Positions 22,012 through 33,786 of a stretch of DNA of 35,791 nucleotides are shown here, one piece after another. The notes beneath the pieces were generated by a model that was not told where the DNA came from, did not search any database, and saw nothing but the letters and a program-made list of their open reading frames with translations. The stretch covers positions 57,510,384-57,546,174 of the forward strand of contig NC_068986.1 of assembly GCF_001194135.2 (NCBI RefSeq), written 5' to 3'. Origin of the DNA: Octopus bimaculoides (lineage: Eukaryota). The first letter of the stretch is position 1; each line of letters begins with the position of its first letter. A program made the position numbers and the translations under genes.

Positions 22012-22430
22012 TATCCTTTTATTTGTTGCAGTCAGTTGACTGCAAACGTGCTGGAGTACCACCTCGAAGGGTTTTAGCCGAGCAAATCGACCCTAGGACT
22101 TATTCTTTAAGCCTAGTACTTATTTTATTTGAAACTTTTGCCGAACCGGTAAGTTACATGGACCTAAACACACCAACACCGTTTGTCAAGAGGTGATGGG
22201 GAGGGGACAAACGCAGACACAAAGACGCACACACAGAGCTACATACATGCACACACACACAAACATATACGACGGGCATTTTTCAGTTTCCATCTACAAA
22301 ATCCGCTCAAGGCTTTGGTCGGCCCGAGACTATAGTAGAAGACACTTAGTCCAAGGCTCCACGCAGTGCGACTGAACCCAAAACAATGTGGTTGGGAATC
22401 AAGCTTCTTACCACACAGCTACGCCTGCGC
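22012..22430 (-). mobile_element. Group B composite SINE, full length
   Basis: Colinear with the other B copies, including a CA-rich internal tract at ~22210-22268. Confidence 0.87.
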
Positions 22431-22880
22431 TTATTTATAATTTTGTTGGCACTAACTTCACAATTTCGCCAGTAAATCCAAACTGATTGTAGGTATAGTT
22501 ACATAAACACTGCACCCTACACTTAATTTGTTTCTCTTTCTGTCTTTATTTCTTTTTCCTTTACGCATCTGATCTGAAATTTGGACTCATGCAACAGCGT
22601 TTTCTTTTCGAACTGGAACAGTCTCAGCATTCATTGAGGCAGTCATTGACCACCAACATTCTCTCAAAAGCACGAACACACCTCCTCTGTCGGTGCCCTG
22701 TTCAAAGTCACTCTTCTGTGGGTCGTTGCTTTTTTTTTTATTTAGTGAAAAGCGTTGCTGTACTCTATATTAGGAAAAAATGGCCTTGTTATACGTGCAA
22801 AGCTAAACTGCATGCTTGTGGATTCCAACCGTCTCTCAGCTCTGGTATTGGAAACTTCCTGTCAGATTGCCGGTATGTGA

Positions 22881-22882
<2 letters not shown>

Positions 22883-22959
<77 letters not shown>

Positions 22960-23510
22960 AATTGAGATTCAATTGAATTAGGTACTTAAGTTGAAGCATC
23001 AAGTCAGTGCAGTATTGTCCGTACAACTCAAAGTAAGATGAATAGAATTAAAATAAGTAACAGTATATCAAGAGTTGATGCAGTGCGACCGTTTTAAGAT
23101 TAAAAAAAAAGACTAATAAATTAAAAATTAATCACAATCCGTTACAAGCTATGACCCTAACAAACTGCATACAGTTCTTAGAAGTGTAGTATATTTTGAG
23201 CTACATTAGTAGCAACATGGACTTTTTCCCTCTTCTTGCTCTATTGGAGAATTTGAGTAAAATTATATTAATGTGTTCAACTGATTAAAAAATTCTATTT
23301 ATTTATGCAGCTGAGGATAGCCCTGCATTTAAATTGATGTAATGATTGCATTGTCTAATTAAATGGAGCCGCTTGAAACGGTCGTGCTGCATCACCTCTT
23401 GATATCCTGTTGCTTATTTTAATTTTATTCACCTTACTTTGAGTTGTACGGACAATACTGCACTGACTTGATGCTTCAACTTAAGTACCTAATTCAATTG
23501 AATCTCAATT

Positions 23511-23579
<69 letters not shown>
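22883..23579. repeat. Long inverted repeat / foldback structure (MITE-like)
   Basis: Arms 22955-23098 and 23372-23515 (144 bp each). The outer 83 bp are identical and the inner 61 bp have 8 mismatches. The spacer is 273 bp. Flanks are (AT)n(AG)n and (CT)n(AT)n in mirror image. Confidence 0.92.
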
Positions 23580-23840
23580 NNNNNNNNNNNNNNNNNNNNN
23601 NNNNNNNNNNNNNNNNNNNNNNNNNNNNNNNNNNNNNNNNNNNNNNNNNNNNNNNNNNNNNNNNNNNNNNNNNNNNNNNNNNNNNNNNNNNNNNNNNNNN
23701 NNNNNNNNNNNNNNNNNNNNNNNNNNNNNNNNNNNNNNNNNNNNNNNNNNNNNNNNNNNNNNNNNNNNNNNNNNNNNNNNNNNNNNNNNNNNNNNNNNNN
23801 NNNNNNNNNNNNNNNNNNNNNNNNNNNNNNNNNNNNNNNN
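23580..23840. other. Assembly gap (N run)
   Basis: N run directly after the right foldback arm. Confidence 1.
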
Positions 23841-23871
<31 letters not shown>

Positions 23872-23889
23872 TAGATAGATAGATAGATA

Positions 23890-24003
23890 GATCACTGACC
23901 ACTACACATTTTCTTCTCTCCTTGTTTCTCTCCTTATTTCATTCCGTGTTCCTTTCTGTTGAAGAGCGCAGGCTCGAAATGTTAAAGACTTTCTCTATTC
24001 CCG
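23890..24003 (+). mobile_element. Short interspersed remnant with a hammerhead-like core (Penelope-like terminal repeat?)
   Basis: Homologous to the reverse complement of 35245-35362. It contains CTGTTGA-A-GAGC-GCAG-GCTC-GAAA. The Penelope assignment is inferred from motif resemblance only. Confidence 0.55.
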
Positions 24004-24361
24004 ATATATATATATATTTATATATATATATATATTTATATATATATACACACACACGCACACACACACACACAAATATATATATATAGGAAGTAACCTT
24101 TATTGCCACCTAAACATGGATGTTCTATAAGAACAGACGATACTGCTAGTTTAACCCCAGGAGGACGCCTCCTCCAACTGATTATTCAGTTCACTTCGTA
24201 CTCGATATATATCCAACAATTCCAGCCCCGAGACCAATATCGTTTGTTCTTACAGAACACTCAGGTTTAGGTGGCGATAAACATTACTTCTCGGTATAAA
24301 TACCACTTTAGTCTCTAATAGTCTAACAGAAATTTTCTGAATATGTACATATATATATAAT

Positions 24362-24760
24362 CGTTTACTTGATTCAGTCATTAGACAGCAGCCATACTGG
24401 AGCACCACCTTCGGAGAGTTTTGCTGAAAAGAATCGACCCCAGTACTTAATTTTTTGCTAAGCCTGGTACTTATTCTATCGGTCTCTTATGCCGAAACGC
24501 TAAGTTACAGGAACGTAAGCACACCAACACCAGTTGTCAAGCGGTAGTGGGTAACAAAGACACAAAGACACATACATAAATATATACATACATAAATATA
24601 TACATACATGACGGGCTTCTTCCGGTTTCCGTTTACCAAATCCACTTACATGGCTTTGGTCGGCCTGACGTTATAGTAGAAAACACTTACAGAAATTGCT
24701 ACGCAGTGGGACGGAACCCGGAACCATGTGGTTTGGAAGCAAGCTTGTTACCACACGGTT
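24362..24760 (-). mobile_element. Group B composite SINE, full length
   Basis: Colinear with the other B copies. The internal tract is (CATA/TA)-rich at ~24555-24608. Confidence 0.87.
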
Positions 24761-25253
24761 ACATGTATGTATGCATGTACGTATAATAAAACAAAAAGAC
24801 AAATGGTCAGGCAACAAGTATCGAGTCAGATGCATAAAGAAGTATAGATTTAATGAAGTCGACAAAAGTTCCGACTGTAGGAAGTCTTCAACGTTTGCAA
24901 TGTAAACAGTGGTCTTCAGAAAGATGCAGAAGGTGAGAGTAGTTTTCTCCGTAAATAAAAGTTATCATAGGTAAAAGCCATTCTAACTGAAACTAAAAAA
25001 CAAAAACCGTTTGTCCCTTAGAGGTGGTTCACTATGTGTATATATATGTATATATATATATATACATACATGGCTACATTCATATACACTCATATATACA
25101 CTCATGCGGTGCATCTAATTACGTACACTCATTTATTGAAACTTTCAAAAGCAAAATGTGTGTGTGTGCGCGTGTGTGCGCGCATGAAGGGGGGCGGAGG
25201 GTGTATAAAAGTGTTTAGCAGCCTATGATCATTCTGTGTGTACGTATTTGTGT

Positions 25254-25420
25254 CTGGAAGGAAATCTGAAGTAATGAACGGAAATATGTATACTGAGCTG
25301 TTATTATTGAAATGTTAATGTAAGCAACAGATTAATTGTCAGCCATTACTGAAATACATACGGAAATATCGAGAAATATGAGATGAAATGTATATAGGCG
25401 CAAAACCCGAGACTTTCGCA
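25254..25420. other. Diverged local duplication, copy 2 (partner 21190-21370)
   Basis: Blocks at 25254, 25300, 25330 and 25363 match those at 21190, 21242, 21273 and 21308. Confidence 0.75.
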
Positions 25421-25707
25421 TATTTCATCACATAATCAAGAAATAGGAATGAAATCTCCCTCCAATCAAACCCTATAAACATGAGCCATGTTCTAATTCT
25501 ACTTTCGATACATATTATGGCATATTCTTCGCAGAGTTATTTCAGACAAAAAAAGCAAATCAAAAGAAAAAACGGATGCAATGACCATGAATGAAAACTC
25601 ATTTGGTGATATTTATGTTCAAGCAGGTTAACTTTCGGTTGATAGATTAAGTGCAGTATTTTTTGCGAACGTCGTGAATAACATCGCCATCATTGTTGCA
25701 GACACAG

Positions 25708-25788
25708 CCGTAGTCGTCGTTGTCGTTGTCGTCGTCGTCGTCGTCGTCGTTGTCGTCGTCGTCGTCGTTGTCGTCGTCGTCGTCGTCA
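25708..25788 (+). repeat. (GTC)n microsatellite with GTT variants
   Basis: Direct reading. It explains the poly-Thr/poly-Ser ORFs. Confidence 0.97.
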
Positions 25789-26659
25789 TCATCTTGGCAA
25801 TGCTTAGTTGTTTGTTTTTCAAGCTATAAATGGGTATTGCTTCCGTTTTTGCTGAGGTTTTTTTTTTTTTTTTCGTTTTACAGTTGTCCTAAGAGAAAGA
25901 ATGTTATTTAATGAGTCTGATAAAGAATATAATGAGAAATTAGAAAATTCAGACTGGCATTCATACACACGCATACATATACACACGTTTAAGTTAAATA
26001 CATGTATATATATATGTATGTGTGTGTGCGTGCGTGTGTGTGTGTGAGATTCGTATATGGCAGGTCGTATTGGTTCAGCGTGCATATGTATATATTTATA
26101 TATATACATATATGTATGTATATCTATCTATCTATATATATATATGTATGTGTGTGTGTGTGTGTGTGTGCATAAATATACGTACGCATATGTGCATAAG
26201 TACATACACATAAACTAACACATGTGCTAAAAGTGGAGGAGAGTATTAATGACCGTGCATCCGTACGTGCGCATATTTGTGTATTTGTGTTACAATTAAA
26301 CCTATATTCTTCGCACGAGTCTAAATTTATAACTTATCGTAAACACTGTGTTATTGTGGCCAAGTGCATTTTAATGAGTCTGTGTATCTTGTTATCATAA
26401 GTTTTGTCAGAGGACGAGGTGGGAGAGTACACATGACCTTTCCAGATCCTCCTAAACTGCTAAGATTAATACGGTTGAAATACTGAGCAGGGAAATCTGC
26501 AGGTCAATGTCTTAATGAGAAATAAGAGCAAGGATAAAACCGGAGAAGTGTGATACGTTACGAATGCTTACAGAATATCATAAATACCGCCAAATGCGAT
26601 CATAGACTGTGTTGAACGTTATATAGGAGTGACGTGCTAAAATCTATCTAAAATTTTAA

Positions 26660-26690
<31 letters not shown>

Positions 26691-26734
26691 GAGTTATATA
26701 TACATATAAAATACACACAGATAATGAATTATAT

Positions 26735-26804
26735 ATACATTTAATGAGGGATAACAATTGCTTCGGATAATACATTTATTGAGGACTAACAATTGCTTCA
26801 GGTA
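26735..26804 (+). repeat. 35-bp tandem repeat, 2 copies plus a degenerate third
   Basis: ATACATTTAATGAGGGATAACAATTGCTTCGGATA vs ATACATTTATTGAGGACTAACAATTGCTTCAGGTA (30/35). Confidence 0.85.
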
Positions 26805-27945
26805 AACATTTGACGGGGTCTAATTTCCATAGAACAATTTCAGTGAACTGAATCAATTCACTTCGGCCCTGAAGAGGATAACAGGTTTGTTTTTCTATTT
26901 TCACTCGATAGACCAAGAATTGAATGATTAATAACATTGGTCTATGGAACTAAATTCCTCCATATACTTATCCAAAACAATTATTAGTCCTCAATAGATG
27001 TATATAATCCAATACTTGTTTGTATTTTCCATATCACTCTGCAGTGACATTACAAAATTACAGGTTTTGAATTCGGATTACTGAATACCCAACATAAATC
27101 TCAAGACCAATTTGTTAGCCTGGTGTATTTTTATTTTCAGAGAGTTCACGAGTTATTTCGTCTGGATTACTAATATTTTAGTCAGGAAGTCTGAGTAGCT
27201 GTATTTCAAAAGGCTTTTAGTGGTTTCTATCATGAGATCTTTTCTCTCTAAACTGATCGAATGTCGCACTACTTGTTGAAAATCTTACCACACAATATAT
27301 ATGCATACACATACACACAAACACATATATATACCTATTTATTTATATATATTTACACACACATATACACACATATATACAAACATACACATCCATACAT
27401 TCATGTGTGTGTGTGTGTGTGTGTGCGTGTGTGTGTGTGTGTGTGCATACATACGTGTCGGTCTGGGTGATCCACGTATTCGATCACTTGGATTCCTACT
27501 TCTGAAATTAGAATATAAGTGACTGGTTATTCCTCAAGCACCTGCACTCTTAACGTAATAATCAGACGGAATATAACAATTTTATAAAGTTGGACTTCTG
27601 AATTGCACGTACAATCAACATTAAAAAAGTAAGAGGAAAGACGAAGAATCTACTTTAATATTGAAACGATGAAAATGAATTTTGACCTCTGCAGGATTTG
27701 CACGCAGAAATCCAGAATAAATATTCCCAGGCAGGCCTTCTACCTACAGATCGCCCAACATTTCAGCTAATACACCGACTTTATATAATGTATCAAAAAG
27801 GAGCAGAATTCAGAATGATGACATGCCTAGAAACATTAAATGTATCAAAGGAGCCTCTAAGTGAATCTGCAACAGAACATATACATGTTCACCCAATTTG
27901 TTAGAAATAACAGCCAAATCTCTTTCTTATCATATTTTGCTATTC

Positions 27946-28155
27946 TGGTTTTAAATTTTGGCAGAAGGCCAGCAAGTTTGTGGGAAGGGATAAGTCTATT
28001 ACATCGACCCCAGTGTTCAACTGGTACTTATTTTATCGACCTCGAAAGGATGAAAGGTAAAGTTGACCTCGGAGACATTTGAACTCAGAACGTAATGTCG
28101 GAAGAAATAACACATCGCATTCCGGCGCGGTAACGCATCTGACAGTTTGCAGCCT
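27946..28155 (-). mobile_element. Group A SINE, full length
   Basis: ATTACATCGACCCCAGTGTTCAACTGGTACTTATTTTATCGACCTCGAAAGGATGAAAGGTAAAGTTGACCTCGG..TTTGAACTCAGAACGTAA. Confidence 0.87.
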
Positions 28156-28313
28156 AAGAGTATGTTATATTAATTAAAGAAAGTCTTAAATAGTGCTAAA
28201 AAAAACACGATGTTCACGAGTGAAAATTTATTGAACATATATCTGCCTGGGTAGAATTTACCTTCAGTTAAACAACACCTGCAACATCAACAATCACTTT
28301 GGGTACCTTCCAC

Positions 28314-28820
28314 TGACAGTCAAAAACTCGAAACATCGATGTCTGGACTTCCTGGTAGATGGAAACACTGAACAAACTGGGTGTTTTCACACCTTTTACC
28401 ATAAAAGAAATGCTTTCCTCACAGTAACTGGGATATATTTGCCTTTTAGCATTTGAAATATTTCACAAACATATTTTAAGTAACCTACATTTTGCCCAAC
28501 ACTGCTTGGCGATAACATTTCTTTATTTTCTTCGATCGGGCGATCTACCAGCGCAAATCAGTCAACGTGTTAACTAAACTTTTCATAAAGCTATTACTTT
28601 ATAAGTTTGTTCAGAGTTGCCTCTCTCAGGTACATCCCATTGACAAGAGTCAAAAGACTCGAAACTTTGATGTTTTGGATTCTTGATGGCGACACTGAAC
28701 AAGCCGAGTGTTTTCACTCCTTTTACCATAAAAGATATTTTCTCCACGATAACTGCAGTGTATTTGTCTTTTAGCAGTTGAAATGTCACAAACATATTTT
28801 AACTAACCCAAATTTTGCTT
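28314..28820. repeat. Tandem duplication of a ~180-bp segment (28314-28497 and 28641-28820)
   Basis: Shared CTCGAAAC, ACACTGAACAA, GTGTTTTCAC.CCTTTTACCATAAAAGA, CTTTTAGCA.TTGAAAT and TCACAAACATATTTTAA. Confidence 0.88.
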
Positions 28821-28841
28821 ATACATACATACACACATACA

Positions 28842-28877
<36 letters not shown>

Positions 28878-28948
28878 TGTATATATATATGTATATATAT
28901 ATGTATATATATATGTATATGTATATATATATGTATATATATATATAT

Positions 28949-29304
28949 NNNNNNNNNNNNNNNNNNNNNNNNNNNNNNNNNNNNNNNNNNNNNNNNNNNN
29001 NNNNNNNNNNNNNNNNNNNNNNNNNNNNNNNNNNNNNNNNNNNNNNNNNNNNNNNNNNNNNNNNNNNNNNNNNNNNNNNNNNNNNNNNNNNNNNNNNNNN
29101 NNNNNNNNNNNNNNNNNNNNNNNNNNNNNNNNNNNNNNNNNNNNNNNNNNNNNNNNNNNNNNNNNNNNNNNNNNNNNNNNNNNNNNNNNNNNNNNNNNNN
29201 NNNNNNNNNNNNNNNNNNNNNNNNNNNNNNNNNNNNNNNNNNNNNNNNNNNNNNNNNNNNNNNNNNNNNNNNNNNNNNNNNNNNNNNNNNNNNNNNNNNN
29301 NNNN
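28949..29304. other. Assembly gap (N run)
   Basis: N run inside a (TA)n tract. Confidence 1.
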
Positions 29305-29354
<50 letters not shown>

Positions 29355-29979
29355 GTACATTAATGATATAAAAAGGATTACCCCTTAATCTTGAAATCGA
29401 TATGTAATTGAACATTTTCATGAATCTGCTTCGTTTATTTGCATGTGTACGCTACGAGTTTATACTTTATGGAGAGAGATAACTTAAGGTAGATAGGCGT
29501 CTTTCTCTAGCATGTTGGTGAATTGTATATGTACTCGTTTGTCCTTGATTATATATAAGTGTGAACAATTCTATGTACTATGCTGGATACATGTGGTGTT
29601 CGTCTGTTATGTTGATTTTTTGTTCATTTTTATGTGTCTTGGTTATGCTTGCACTGACGATTAAAAAGTTCATTTTGTGCACTAATTATGAAATCATATG
29701 CTCTGCAGCTGAATCTGTTTTTAAAAAAGGCTCGCTTCGTGAGTTGCATTCCCTCGCGTTCGGTACAATGTGTTTATTATGGTAGTTTTGACTTTAAGAG
29801 TCCCTCCTAGCGTGAGGCATTTATGTATAATAATGCCCTTAATATAAATAAATATATTTAAAGGGAATAATTAATAAAATTTTCCCTTATGAGTTTTCTA
29901 CTTGATAAATTCTTATAAAGATTTTATCCTATTTTTAAATTGTGTGTGTATACACACACAAACACACACACGCACACGC

Positions 29980-30035
<56 letters not shown>

Positions 30036-30179
30036 GTATGTATGCATGTGTGTGTAGAGAGAGAAAGACAGATACATACATTCATACATATATATGTGTG
30101 TGGTTGGATATTCAAACAGTATTCTCTATTTGTATAACCAAGTATATACGCATTGCCATAATAGTACGAAAATGGAGTT

Positions 30180-30221
30180 ACACTATTGGTTGTATGGTTC
30201 ACACTATTGGTTGTATGGTTC
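30180..30221 (+). repeat. Perfect 21-bp tandem duplication
   Basis: ACACTATTGGTTGTATGGTTC twice. Confidence 0.95.
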
Positions 30222-32559
30222 TTTGATAATTTGATTAGTCTGGAGATCATAAGTCACTAATAGAATTAACAGAATTTACCCTGACGAATTATAAAGAGTT
30301 AAACTTTATAATGAACAACACCCATCAAATAAACCAACGGCTTCTGTAACATTTTCATTGGCCATATAGGATTTTCATCGATACCATATGAATACGTTCC
30401 ATTATTTCAAAACCAAAAAAACAGGTGTCAATAACACAGTATTGAATATTCCCTAACCCCATTATTTGATTTTTAAATAGAAGGGGTATAATCGATTAAA
30501 TAAGCTTTTATGGAGTGAACTCTATGAAGCTGTTAGCTGTCTTTGGCGGTCCTCAGTTCTGTCCAACGCCAGATTTCCAACAAAATCCTATGTCAATACA
30601 GAGTTTATATATGTATATATATGGACCTGTTTTGTTTTCCTTTTCTTTATATTCTAGAGAAACATAATCGTTGGCATGAACTTTATATGAAGTACTTTCT
30701 TAGCAATAAACAGCTGATGGCTTCCATGGAAGCAGTATGTTTCAAAATTTCTAAACCGTGAATGTATCGAATTATATCAGTTCCCTGAATGAAACGAAAT
30801 GAAAACTCCCAGTAGTATTATGCTGATAGTTTTGCGGAGGGGAATTAGAGTTCTTTCATTTAAATGAATTATGCTAGTTAATAGCAGAAAACATAGATGC
30901 TAATATATACAATGACTGACGTAAACTACAAGTCTTGCTGTAAAAGTAGATTATAAATTTGACACTAATCACCAAGTGTTTTATACAGATTAATTTTTGT
31001 GTCATACAATATAGGCAGAGGAATTGCAGTATAATTCATAGTTCCTATGAATTCAGAATTACGCTATAATTCATAAATCTACAATTCGTAAATTGTTTCT
31101 TTTTGTGCGAGATGATATTTACTTGTGTGTGTGTGTGTTTGTGTATGTATGTATGAATATATATATGTATAAATGTGTGTGTGTGTGTTTACATACATTT
31201 ACATAAATAAATGCATACGTCATAATTACACCATCGTTTCAGAAACAATCCAAAAGAGCAGATGATACTACCGGCATATGAGTAGAGCCGTCTCTTTTTT
31301 TTTTGCGTAAAATACTTTTTAGTTTGAATAATTACGCCAGTGGCGAAATTTACTATCAAGTAACAGACTTTTGGCCGTGTCTTGTTCACTGTGATTGCAA
31401 GACATTTTTCTTTCTATCAAGAGTCACGTTTCAAAAACTATATAAATAACTTCCCGCATACCATAAACAATTTCACACAAATTTGTTATGATTTCTGCAA
31501 CCTGAAGTAAGAACTTTGGACTTTATTCGAAACAGCTATGACTTTTAGAAATGTGTCTTTTCTTTGAAACCTATTGAAACTGTCCCGAACAATTTATTTA
31601 GAATTAAGCAAATATTTTAGAGATTTTCAAAACAAAGCGTTAACGTATTGAATTCGTTGAGCATTAAAATGTTAACCAGAAATAAATATGCACTGACATA
31701 TGATAGAAAGATCCAATTACATATTTTAGAAAGTTAATTTGGATTTTTCTCTCCTGAGTAAATAAACCAAAACATGAATGGCTAACGGAACTGATGTTTA
31801 GAAATTTTATTTGGCAGTAAGGTGACCTCGTTCGAAGCAGGCCTTCTCGCCAGATTACTAGGCTGTTAATACAGTTAATGTCGTTTCATTTACTATTATA
31901 GTTTCCTGAAATAAATTTAGAGCACATTTGCAAACAGCTTCTAACAAAAACATTAGTCACTGAACCTAAAACGAAGTCCAGTGATGACACCATTTATGTA
32001 CATGTACCGATTCCATTCGCATTCACTTGTTTGGTTGTGTCTCATAATACAGTTTTATATGCGTATAAGTAACTGAAACCAAAATGTTCTGTAGATTAAA
32101 TACGTTTTAAATATTTGCAGCATACAGTGATATTTTAGACTGGTTCTGAAAATTTTCATTTATTGAAAAGAATTGTTTAGTTTGACATGTTTTTATATCA
32201 GAGTTTATGCGCGTTAAACTTTGTCGTTTCCATAAAATTTGATGCTACTGAAAACATATCTTTAGTGGCTTACACTTATGAGCCCATACATTTACTACAG
32301 CTTCTATACACTCTGCTTTGTATCATTATTTTCAGCACCTCCTTTCGCTTTCCATCAAAGTAATTTGTCTCATTATTTTCCTAACTCTTAATGCTAGATT
32401 CAATAAACCATTTTATCATTTATTTGCAAGACCATTAATACTTGACTTTGTACAGGGAAAACTCAATCTCAAAGTTATCTTAGGAGCCTTCGATTCTTCA
32501 TCCGGTCCAAGAAGCAGGACACCTGTCGACTGAACAACCTTTCCCTTGGATATCTACCT

Positions 32560-32750
32560 TAGAGACAAAATTTCAGGGGAGAACTGAGTAGCCAGTTATA
32601 TAGATTTGAATTCTGACTGATATTTACCACGGAAAGAAAAAGAATGCATAATTGATCTCGACAGATCTCGAAAACAGAACGTAAAGATTTGCAGTTAAAC
32701 ATCGTGACGCATTTTCTTCAATGACCTAGCGATTTTGTCAATATCCTGCA
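32560..32750 (-). mobile_element. Very degenerate group A-like SINE
   Basis: Scattered matches in the expected order: CAGAACGTAAAGA, GCATTTT, CGATTTTGTCA. Confidence 0.35.
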
Positions 32751-33649
32751 TTCATACTTAGTAAGACAATGAAATGTTAAAGATAATCATCATATTTTAA
32801 TAAACAATTTACTTAATTATATATACATGAATTCATCCGCAGTACATTATCATTGCAATAAATGGAGATAAACTTATTAAAAATTGCTTTTTAGTCTGAT
32901 TGAGAAAGGTAATTTCAGAAGGTGATGTATTTATTATGCAGCTGAAGGTGTTGCGTTAATTAGAGGGTCTGATAGAATACCTTATGGTTCAGGCTCTCTA
33001 CACTCAAAAATTAATTCAGCCGAAGTCAGCTTTTGGAGTTAATATATAAATTACCTATCCCGTACTGAGGCCGATTCTTCTTCAGTTTCAATTTCTCTAT
33101 TTTTTTTCTCTCTAAAAAAAAAAAAAAATGACTGCGTTCTGACCCGTAGAGGAATAGGTACCATCAAGTTTAAAATTACCTAAACACTCCGTATATAGAA
33201 ACAACACAACGATTCCATCAAAAGTTGTGTATAATTATACATCTTGATAGGTAGTTAACAAATCTGGAGCAAAGAACGGTGGAAGTAGAGAAATGACAAA
33301 ACTTTTCCTGACAAATTACTATTTTAAATGAATTTGGAAATATGAATAATTAAATTACCGCTTCTCATTTACATGGATCATAAATGTATGTGTGCGCGTA
33401 TATACGTACAAGTAAGAGAATGTGTATCCATGTTTCTCTTCGTCTTTATGCGTTCTTGTAAAAATAATCATTATTACATCATATTCATATTTATATATGT
33501 GTATGTGTGTATGTCTGTGTGTCTGTGTATATGTGTGTGTGTGTGTAAGCACAAATATGTATAAGTGTGCGCATGTGTTTGTGTAGTTATATAGACACAT
33601 GTATGTACATATACAAAAATACATACACGGGCACGCCCACGACATGAAA

Positions 33650-33729
33650 ACACACACAGATGCACACACACACACAGTCACACAGACACACACAGACACG
33701 GGCACACACACACGGGCACACACACACGG

Positions 33730-33783
<54 letters not shown>
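33650..33783 (+). repeat. CA-rich compound microsatellite with CACGGG variant units
   Basis: Direct reading. Confidence 0.95.

Positions 33784-33786
<3 letters not shown>

Noticed and set aside
6433-24760. All four full-length group B copies lie on the minus strand (possible host-gene orientation bias)
   Set aside because: The sample is too small, and plus-strand B fragments exist at 6145, 15107 and 16087.
26746-26759. GGATAACAATT, resembling the lac operator (vector contamination)
   Set aside because: Only 11 nt match exactly, inside a native AT-rich tandem repeat, with no other vector sequence.
30188-30220. GGTTGTATGGTT equals the 3' half of vertebrate let-7c
   Set aside because: No seed region and no precursor hairpin, so it is treated as coincidence.
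26735-30221. CRISPR-like arrays from short direct repeats
   Set aside because: Only two adjacent units each, with no spacers and no cas genes, in a eukaryotic context.
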